The position numbers and the translations under genes are program-made. The notes beneath the pieces were generated by a model that saw only the letters and a list, made by a program, of their open reading frames with translations, ran no database searches and was not told the origin of the DNA. A stretch of DNA of 64,000 nt, from NCBI GenBank assembly GCA_031459385.1, contig JAVKIP010000010.1, positions 36,120 through 100,119 of the forward strand. Reading direction: 5' to 3'. The DNA is from Candidatus Fervidifonticultor secundus (GTDB taxonomy: Bacteria; Sysuimicrobiota; Sysuimicrobiia; Sysuimicrobiales; Humicultoraceae). Each line of letters opens with the position of its first letter. Within the stretch, counting starts at the first letter, position 1. Below, one piece after another: positions 57,604 through 64,000 of this stretch.

Positions 57604-57641
57604 GTTCCCCGGGTCCTTCAGGAAGGCACAGTGACGCCAGC

Positions 57642-58628
57642 TCAGACGTGCGCGGCGGTGGCGAGCCTCTGGCGCACGTCCTCGATCACGCGGGCCAGAA
57701 TCCCATCCAGCGACATGCTCGGCTCGTACCCCACCGTTCGACGCAGCCTGGTGATGTCGGGGACGCGGTAGTGGATGTCCTCAAAGCCGCGCCCGTAGGC
57801 TTCCTCATAGGGCACGTACACGATCTCCGAAGCTGACCCGGTCAGCCGGCGGACACGCTCCGCCAGGTCGCGGATGGTCACGGCCTCCTCGGACCCGACG
57901 TTGAAGACCCTGCCCTCCGCCTCCGGCGCTTCCATCAGCCGGATCGCCGCCTCCACCGCGTCCCCCACCCAGGTGAAGGACCGCACCTGGGTGCCATCAC
58001 CGTAGACCGTGATCGGTTGCCCCCGCAGCGCCTGCTCCACGAAGCGGGGCAGGACCATGCCGTATGCCGGCGACTGGCGCGGCCCCACCGTGTTGAAGAA
58101 GCGGGCGATCACCACCGGCAGCCCCTTTTCCTGCCAGTAGGCCCGGGCCAGGAACTCGTCCAGGGCCTTGCTGGTAGCGTAGCACCAGCGCATGGACGGC
58201 CCGATGGTGATGTCGTCGTCCTCGCGGAACCGGTCCGTCCCGTTGCGCACGTCCTTGCCGTAGACCTCGGAGGTGGAGGCCACGAAGACCTTGCGTCCCC
58301 ATCGCAGGCAGGCGTCCAGAACGTGCTGCGTGCCCTGGACGTTGGTCTCCATGGTGCGTACCGGCTGCTCGAAGACCAGCCGCACGCCCACCGCCGCCCC
58401 CAGGTGGTAGACGGCATCCGCGGCGCGCACCGCCCGGTCCACCGCGGCCTCGTCCATGATCGAGCCCAGCACAAACTCGAACCCGGGACGACGCATCAGG
58501 TGGAGGATGTTCTGCAGGCTGCCGGTGGAGAGGTCGTCGAGGACGACCACCTCGTCCCCCCGCGCCAGCAGCGCCTCCGCCAGGTGCGACCCGATGAACC
58601 CCGCCCCGCCGGTGATGAGGGCTGTCAT
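57642..58628 (-). CDS. NAD-dependent nucleotide sugar epimerase/dehydratase
   Basis: GGAGFIG, STSEVYG, YATSK, RFFNTVGPRQ. Confidence 0.93.
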   Translation of the reverse strand: MTALITGGAGFIGSHLAEALLARGDEVVVLDDLSTGSLQNILHLMRRPGFEFVLGSIMDEAAVDRAVRAADAVYHLGAAVGVRLVFEQPVRTMETNVQGTQHVLDACLRWGRKVFVASTSEVYGKDVRNGTDRFREDDDITIGPSMRWCYATSKALDEFLARAYWQEKGLPVVIARFFNTVGPRQSPAYGMVLPRFVEQALRGQPITVYGDGTQVRSFTWVGDAVEAAIRLMEAPEAEGRVFNVGSEEAVTIRDLAERVRRLTGSASEIVYVPYEEAYGRGFEDIHYRVPDITRLRRTVGYEPSMSLDGILARVIEDVRQRLATAAHV

Positions 58629-58700
58629 CCGGACACCTCCTCGCTGCCGGGCACCGGGATCTCCAGGAAGCACGTGCTCCCTACCAGGACTACCTGCGGA

Positions 58701-58823
58701 TGGGTCAGGCGCCATGCCCCCGGCGAAGTCTTCCCGTCCCCCGTTGACGTGGTCCTGAGCGCGGTCGACGTGGTCCAGCCCGACCTGGTCTACGTCTCCG
58801 CTGGGCGGGTCGGCATCATCACC
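58701..58823 (+). pseudogene. Uma2/DUF820 endonuclease fragment
   Basis: WVRRHAPGEVFPSPVDVVLSAVDVVQPDLVYVS..R..II, with neither its own start nor its C-terminal half. Confidence 0.7.
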
Positions 58824-58922
58824 GCCCTACGATGTAAATCTATGCGGCAAGATGCTTGCTACGTGACGCCAGTTTGTTTATATTATGCATGCAGTTTGAT
58901 GCTATCATTGGTGGAGGACACG

Positions 58923-59165
58923 ATGCCCACCTTGACCATCCGAAACCTCCCAGCCGACGTCTACGCCCGGCTCAGGGAGCGTGCCCGGCGCAACCGCCGG
59001 TCCGTCACGCAGGAAGCTGCCATGATCATTGAGGAGGCGCTCCGGCAGGCGGAGGCAGCATCAAACCCCTGGGCCCAGGTGGACAGGATCCGCGAATCCG
59101 TCCGGTCCAGGTACGGCTCATTTCCTGACAGCGCCACGCTCATTCGGGAAGATCGAGAGCGATGA
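58923..59165 (+). CDS. FitA/Arc-like ribbon-helix-helix antitoxin
   Basis: MPTLTIRNLP.DVY.RL.ERARRNRRS...E...I.EEAL; GGAGG RBS. Confidence 0.88.
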   Translation: MPTLTIRNLPADVYARLRERARRNRRSVTQEAAMIIEEALRQAEAASNPWAQVDRIRESVRSRYGSFPDSATLIREDRER

Positions 59166-59599
59166 CCCCGCAACCCCTGGTCGTCGACACCAGCGTCGTC
59201 GTGAAATGGTTCCTGGACGAGCCGCACGCATCTCAAGCCCTTGACGTTCGGCGAGCGATCCAGCAGGGAGCCTATCGCCCCGTGGTTCCCGACCTGGTCT
59301 ATGCCGAATTCGCCAACACGATATGGAAGCACGTGAGACGGTATGGGCTGGATCCGTCAGACGGCGAGGTGATGATCGCGAGCTTCCTCGCTCTGCCGAT
59401 GGACGTGGTCCCGTCACACGCGATCCTCTTGCCGGCCTTCCGGATCGCCTGCGCCACCGGCCGCCCCGTGTACGATGCCCTCTTCCTCGCCTTGAGCCAG
59501 GAAGCCGGTGCCGACATGGTCACGGCAGATGAGCAGCTCTACGAGGCTGTGCGTGCCCACTTTCCTCGGCTGCAACGGCTCGCAGCGTGGGGCGCTTGA
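59162..59599 (+). CDS. vapC: VapC-type PIN domain toxin
   Basis: VVDTSVVVKWF..E, PDL...E..N..WK, YDALFLAL, VTAD; ATGA overlap. Confidence 0.9.
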   Translation: MTPQPLVVDTSVVVKWFLDEPHASQALDVRRAIQQGAYRPVVPDLVYAEFANTIWKHVRRYGLDPSDGEVMIASFLALPMDVVPSHAILLPAFRIACATGRPVYDALFLALSQEAGADMVTADEQLYEAVRAHFPRLQRLAAWGA

Positions 59600-59664
59600 C
59601 CCGGCGTCTGGGTATTGGGGGTCCAGAACCGGCCGCCGGGCTCGCGACTGGCCTCCACCAGACC

Positions 59665-60702
59665 CTACACCACCGCGGGGCGCTCCAGCCGCCCCCGGAA
59701 ATACGCCACCGTCCGGGCCAGCCCGTCCCGCAGCCCCACGCGCGGCGTCCACCCCAGCAGCCGTTGCGCCCGGCGGATGTCCGGCCGCCGCACCCGGGGG
59801 TCGTCCACCGGCCGCGGGTGGAACTCCACGGCACTGGGGCTGCCCGTCACCTCCAGCACCAGCCGGGCCACCTCCAGGACGCCGTGCTCCTCCGGGTTGC
59901 CCAGGTTGATGGGGTGGTGGATGGAGTCCTCGTGCTCGTTGTTGGTGCGGAGGAACGCCCGGTCCGTGCGCTGCTCTGGTGAGCGGTCCGACGGACAGAA
60001 CAGCACCCCCAGGATTCCTTCCACCATGTCGTCCACATAGCAGAAACTGCGGGTCTGGGTCCCGTCGCCGTGCACGGTGAGGGGCCGCCCGGCCAGCGCC
60101 TGCGTGATGAAGGTGGAGATCACCCGCCCGTCCTGCGGGCGCATCCGCGGCCCGTAGGTGTTGAAGATGCGCACGATGCGCGTATCCAGGCCGTGGTAGC
60201 GGTGGTAGGCCATGGTCATCGCCTCGGCGAAGCGCTTGGCCTCGTCGTAGACCCCCCGCGGGCTGATGGGGCTGACGTTGCCCCAGTAGGTCTCGGGCTG
60301 CGGGTTGACCAGCGGGTCGCCGTAGACCTCGGAAGTGCTGGCCAACAGGAACCGCGCCCCCTTGGCCCGGGCCAGCCCCAGGGCCTTGTGGGTGCCGAAG
60401 GCGCCCACCTTGAGGGTGTGGATGGGGTACTCCAGGTAGTCCTTGGGGCTGGCCGGCGAGGCGAAGTGCAACACCGCGTCCACGGGCTCCTGGACGTACA
60501 CGTACTCGCAGACGTTGTAGCGGATGAACCGGAAGCGCGGGTGGCCCAGCAGGTGGGCGATGTTGCGCTCGGTGCCGGTGAGGAGGTTGTCCAGGCACCA
60601 CACCTCGCACCCACGCTCCAGGAGCCGGTCGCAGAGGTGGCTGCCCAGGAAGCCCGCCCCACCCGTGATGAGGACACGCTGCAGGCTGTCCACGCCGGTC
60701 AC
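59665..60702 (-). CDS. UDP-glucuronate decarboxylase (UXS)-like SDR
   Basis: [56 protein letters not shown]. Confidence 0.92.
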   Translation of the reverse strand: MTGVDSLQRVLITGGAGFLGSHLCDRLLERGCEVWCLDNLLTGTERNIAHLLGHPRFRFIRYNVCEYVYVQEPVDAVLHFASPASPKDYLEYPIHTLKVGAFGTHKALGLARAKGARFLLASTSEVYGDPLVNPQPETYWGNVSPISPRGVYDEAKRFAEAMTMAYHRYHGLDTRIVRIFNTYGPRMRPQDGRVISTFITQALAGRPLTVHGDGTQTRSFCYVDDMVEGILGVLFCPSDRSPEQRTDRAFLRTNNEHEDSIHHPINLGNPEEHGVLEVARLVLEVTGSPSAVEFHPRPVDDPRVRRPDIRRAQRLLGWTPRVGLRDGLARTVAYFRGRLERPAVV

Positions 60703-60732
60703 CTCCAGGATGCACTCATGATCTCGACGCAG

Positions 60733-61410
60733 TCAGCGGCAAACCGGTCCGTAGCGCACCGCGTAGGCGGCGAGCTTCACGTACTCCAGCACCACCGCCT
60801 CTCGAGCCGCATCGTGCCGCCACCACCCGCGGCGGACGAAGCCGCGGTCCTCCACCGCATAGGTCGACGCCTGCAGGCCCATCGGCCTCCATGTGCCGCA
60901 GAAGGCAAGCGTAGCGCGTCGGGTGTGGTACGCGGAGGTAACAACCACGGCACGGCGCCACCCTCGCGCCCGCATCACCCCGACGGCCAGCCGGGCGTCG
61001 TCCACTGTGCTGTGAGCGGCACCGACGAGGACGACGCGCTCGGGCGCGACACCGTGGCGGCGGGCAAAGGCCAGCACCGCGGCCCGCTCGTCGTAGAAGT
61101 CCGGAGGCGTCCCTGTCAGGACGATGACGTGGCGGACAGCCCCGTGGCGGGCGAGGGCCAGCGCAGCCCGCAGCCGGTCCCGCATCGCATCGCCAGACAG
61201 GACCACGGCGGCCTCTCCCGTCGCTCCTGCATCGTGCACGACGAGGAACCCGCCCAGCGCCTCCATCGCGGGTGTGGACAGCGCAAACCCCACCGCGGCC
61301 AGACCGGTCGCCGCGACCAGCGCCACGAAAGCTGCCCGCAGCCGCGTGCTGTCGCTGTGGCGGCCGCGCACCCCCTGCGGCTTGTTCGCGGGTCTGGCTG
61401 TGCTTCGCAC
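60733..61410 (-). CDS. YdcF/DUF218 family protein
   Basis: VVLSG, ST.DDA, VVTSAYHTRRA, WW.......V.LEYVK. Start uncertain because the 5' end is chimeric. Confidence 0.8.
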   Translation of the reverse strand: MRSTARPANKPQGVRGRHSDSTRLRAAFVALVAATGLAAVGFALSTPAMEALGGFLVVHDAGATGEAAVVLSGDAMRDRLRAALALARHGAVRHVIVLTGTPPDFYDERAAVLAFARRHGVAPERVVLVGAAHSTVDDARLAVGVMRARGWRRAVVVTSAYHTRRATLAFCGTWRPMGLQASTYAVEDRGFVRRGWWRHDAAREAVVLEYVKLAAYAVRYGPVCR

Positions 61411-61537
61411 GCGTTCGTGCCCTTAATCACGCGCCCGTCCATGCGCAGGACCCTGGGCAGGCGGGTGGCGAGTGGGTATAGTGAGTGCGGCACAGCACTC
61501 TGCGGCGATCGCATCCAGGGCGAGACGGGGAGATCAC

Positions 61538-61936
61538 ATGGCCGAGCGCAGCCGCGACTGGATTGAGCAGGCGCGAAGGGACCTGGAGAGCGCGCGCCTC
61601 CAGGCGGAGAGCGGGTTCTTCGAGTGGGCCTGCTTCATCAGCCAGCAGGCGGCGGAGAAGGCCGTCAAGGCCGCCTACCAGAAGCTCGGCGGCGAGGCCT
61701 GGGGGCACGCCCTTGGCCCGCTGCTCGAAGGCCTGCGGGAGAAGGTTCCGGTCGCCGACGAGCTCCTGGCCTGCGGGAGGCTGCTGGACCGCTTCTACAT
61801 CCCCGCCCGATATCCGAATAGCTGGGACAGAGGCAGTCCCAAGGACTACTTCACGCGGGAGGATGCCGGGCATGCGCTCCGTTGTGCAGAGTCGATCCTA
61901 CGCTTCTGTGAAGGTCTTCTGGCTCAACAGCGGTGA
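61538..61936 (+). CDS. HEPN domain protein
   Basis: WIEQARRDLE.A, WACF.SQQAAEKAVKA, GH.L, LDRFYIPARYPN. Confidence 0.92.
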   Translation: MAERSRDWIEQARRDLESARLQAESGFFEWACFISQQAAEKAVKAAYQKLGGEAWGHALGPLLEGLREKVPVADELLACGRLLDRFYIPARYPNSWDRGSPKDYFTREDAGHALRCAESILRFCEGLLAQQR

Positions 61937-62237
61937 GGCGCTGGCCCGGTTGCGGGCGGCGGCCGAAAGGTTGCTGGCCGAGCAGGGCGACGTCGCCGCC
62001 GTCTATCTCTTTGGCTCCCTGTCCGAGGATCGCGCCGTGCCGGGCAGCGATGCCGACCTCCTCATCCTCCTCGAGCGCAGCCAGCGGCGCTTCCTCGATC
62101 GTGCAGAGGAGTTCTCGCGCTATTTCTCGGGAATCGGCATGCCAGTCGAGCTGTTCTGCTACACCCGCGAGGAGGCGGAGCGCATCCGGCTGGCCCGGGC
62201 GGCCATCGACCGCGGCATCCTGCTCGCGGGTCGTTGA
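61872..62237 (+). CDS. Minimal nucleotidyltransferase (MNT)
   Basis: YLFGS......PGSDADLLI, ELFCYT.EE; overlaps the HEPN gene. Start uncertain (61863-61908). Confidence 0.88.
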   Translation: MRSVVQSRSYASVKVFWLNSGEALARLRAAAERLLAEQGDVAAVYLFGSLSEDRAVPGSDADLLILLERSQRRFLDRAEEFSRYFSGIGMPVELFCYTREEAERIRLARAAIDRGILLAGR

Positions 62238-62280
62238 CTCTAGACCAGCACGAGTTCCTCCGAAGACGTGGGCGGTAGTG

Positions 62281-62358
62281 ATGGTTCGCACCCAGATCCA
62301 GCTAACGGAGGCTCAGGCGCGGGCATTGAAGCGGATCGCTGCCGAACGCGGAGTATCC
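62281..62358 (+). pseudogene. Truncated CopG/RHH antitoxin
   Basis: MVRTQIQLTEAQARALKRIAAERGVS, breaking off at the duplicated segment. Confidence 0.7.
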
Positions 62359-62812
62359 GGTACCCCAGGGACGGGTTGTGGCGCAGCTCCTGGAGCAGCA
62401 GCACCCCGCCGTCACTGCGGCCGCCGAACCCAGCGTCGCGCCCTGGGCCAGCCTCAGGAGGTCCAGGGCTCCGGCGTAGCGCCAGGCGCCGCGGTAGATC
62501 CCCCATGAGCGCCAGTACAGCCACTTTGACCGCGACCACGAGCGGCAGCGCCTGCGCCATCGCCAGCCCCAGCGCCGCAAACCCCAGCGCCGGCAGTTAC
62601 GCCCACGACCAGCCCCGTCAGGATGTCGAGGCCCGTCACCGCCAGCCCCGCCGCCCTCGCCGCCGCGCTGAGCGCGTACAGCAGCACGACGGCCTTCCGC
62701 TCTGGCAGGCCCAGGGTGACCAGCAGCGTGAGTTTTGGCTGGTTCTCCAGCGGCGCAGGTCGTCACCCGTAATGAGGACACGCTGCAGGCCGTCCACCCT
62801 CCTCACCTCCAG
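62358..62812 (-). pseudogene. Collapsed duplicate made of fragments of the WecA-like and UXS-like genes
   Basis: Blocks match ~56037-56090, ~56269-56411, ~56630-56797, ~57293-57336 and ~60660-60708, in the same order. Confidence 0.85.
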
Positions 62813-62943
62813 TACCATCGCGGCGGCGAGCACAGGGCGGTCCTCTTCTAGAAGCCGTACCGCCCGCGGTCCAGTGGGTTCCCTAAGCTCGTGACAACAT
62901 GGAACTTACTTAGTAACATAACGTTTACAGGAGGGGCAACGGA

Positions 62944-63180
62944 ATGCGAATCACTAAGACGTGGACCATCTCGCTTCCGCCCGAGCTCGTCCGAGAAGCC
63001 GAACGGGCGGCCAAGGCGGAACGCCGCACGAGGAGCGAGCTCGTCCGAGAGGCCTTGCGTTTCTATCTCGAGGAGCGGCAGTGGCGCAGGCTGCAGCGTA
63101 AGACCGCCCTCCAGGCGCAGGCTCTCGGCATCAGAACTGAGGAGGACGTAAATCGGCTCGTTCATGAGCTCCGCAAGTAA
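62944..63180 (+). CDS. CopG/RHH family antitoxin
   Basis: TISLPPEL.......AK.E.RTRSELVREALR.Y...EEDVNRLVHE.R. Confidence 0.88.
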   Translation: MRITKTWTISLPPELVREAERAAKAERRTRSELVREALRFYLEERQWRRLQRKTALQAQALGIRTEEDVNRLVHELRK

Positions 63181-63186
63181 AATCAC

Positions 63187-63597
63187 GTGCGGGTCGTTCT
63201 CGACACCAATGTCCTCGTCTCCGCGCTGGCCTTCCCGGGGAGCAAGCCCGACCAGATCCTGAGCCGTGCTCGCCGCAGGGAACTGGATCTGTACATGTCT
63301 CCCGCCATCGTCTCTGAACTCGATCGAGTCCTACGGGACAAATTCCGTCTAAGCAGACACGAGGTTGCCTTGCGCGTCAGAGCGATCCGCAGGATAGCTT
63401 ATCTGGTCCATCCCACTGAGCGGATCGCTGTTGTCACTGCCAATGACGATGACAATCGCATTCTCGAATGCGCCGTTGCTGCTCGTGCCGAATTCCTTGT
63501 CACGGGAGACAGAGCACATCTCCTTCCGTTGGGGTCTTACCGCGGAACCAGGATCATCGCTCCTGATCAGTTCCTCGAGATCCTCCAGGCTTGTTGA
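63187..63597 (+). CDS. PIN-family putative toxin
   Basis: RVVLDTNVLVSA, E...VL..KF, DDDNRILECA, VTGD. Confidence 0.9.
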   Translation: MRVVLDTNVLVSALAFPGSKPDQILSRARRRELDLYMSPAIVSELDRVLRDKFRLSRHEVALRVRAIRRIAYLVHPTERIAVVTANDDDNRILECAVAARAEFLVTGDRAHLLPLGSYRGTRIIAPDQFLEILQAC

Positions 63598-63617
63598 TCC
63601 CCGATTCGAGTTTGGCC

Positions 63618-63690
63618 TACGCGCCCGACAAATTCGGGCGCCTGAGTCCTCGCGACCTGATCCATCTCGCGACGACGCACGGCCTTCCGG
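63618..63690 (+). pseudogene. PIN-domain gene fragment
   Basis: YAPDKFGRLSPRDLIHLATTHGL resembles the LSxRDxxHxA motif of VapC proteins; no start. Confidence 0.55.
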
Positions 63691-63734
63691 CGTTGGTGAT
63701 GCCATCCCTCGCGGCCCCAGGCCAGGAGGAGTGA

Positions 63735-64000
63735 TCAGGGACCGGCCGCCAAGACCCCGCGGAGCGCCGGGGCGGGGACGGCTCCCTCCGCCGCCTCTTC
63801 CGCGATCCGCCCCGCCCGGCGCAGCTCCCCCTCGATCCAGCGGTAGGTCCGCGCCAGCCCCTCCTCCAGCGGGACCTGGGGCTCCCACCCCAGCACCTGC
63901 CGCAGCCGCGTGTTGTCGCTGTTGCGGCCACGCACCCCCTGCGGCTTGCCCGGATCGTGGCACTTGCGCAGCCGCTTGCCGGCGATGCGGCAGACGATGT
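63735..64000 (-). CDS. NAD-dependent epimerase (GDP-mannose 3,5-epimerase-like), 3' end only
   Basis: IAGKRLRK.HD..KPQGVRGRNSDNTRLRQVLGWEP...LEEGL..TY.WI. Confidence 0.85.
   Translation of the reverse strand, partial: IVCRIAGKRLRKCHDPGKPQGVRGRNSDNTRLRQVLGWEPQVPLEEGLARTYRWIEGELRRAGRIAEEAAEGAVPAPALRGVLAAGP

Noticed and set aside
55092..63700. Integron cassette array
   Set aside because: I found no integrase and no repeated attC-like sites at module boundaries.

Overview
High-GC bacterial chromosomal window. The gene order is Terrabacteria-like and a Gram-positive-type LexA box is present. An Armatimonadota/Sysuimicrobiota-like source is my impression only. Positions 1-41 kb are almost all on the minus strand and contain: mrdA/mreBCD/radC/maf, tatAC, a folate block (folC, cyclohydrolase, folD), an unusual Rieske/cytochrome b cluster behind a ccmABCDEF operon, a GT2-BshB-like-BshC-like trio, yajC/tgt/gdhA/queA, ruvCAB, yebC and a class A PBP. 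Positions 41-53 kb hold proBA, an M23 peptidase, a broken OsmC-family gene with UGA at the catalytic Cys, tRNA-Ala(CGC) and accessory genes. Positions 53.8-64 kb are a surface-polysaccharide locus with four intact toxin-antitoxin pairs, several TA remnants and a collapsed duplicate of its own genes. Four best leads. (1) A 43-aa secreted pro-peptide gene missing from the ORF track (48815-48946) sits directly upstream of an XRE-HTH+TPR regulator, a candidate RRNPP-type peptide signalling system. (2) The bc complex has two different cytochromes b: one lacks both heme bH ligands, the other is fused to a 2x[4Fe-4S] ferredoxin and followed by an MvhD-like protein. (3) A probable OsmC selenoprotein relic. 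(4) A bacillithiol-like pathway with a GT2 in place of BshA. All family calls come from motif recognition; no database searches were run, and many start codons are estimates.
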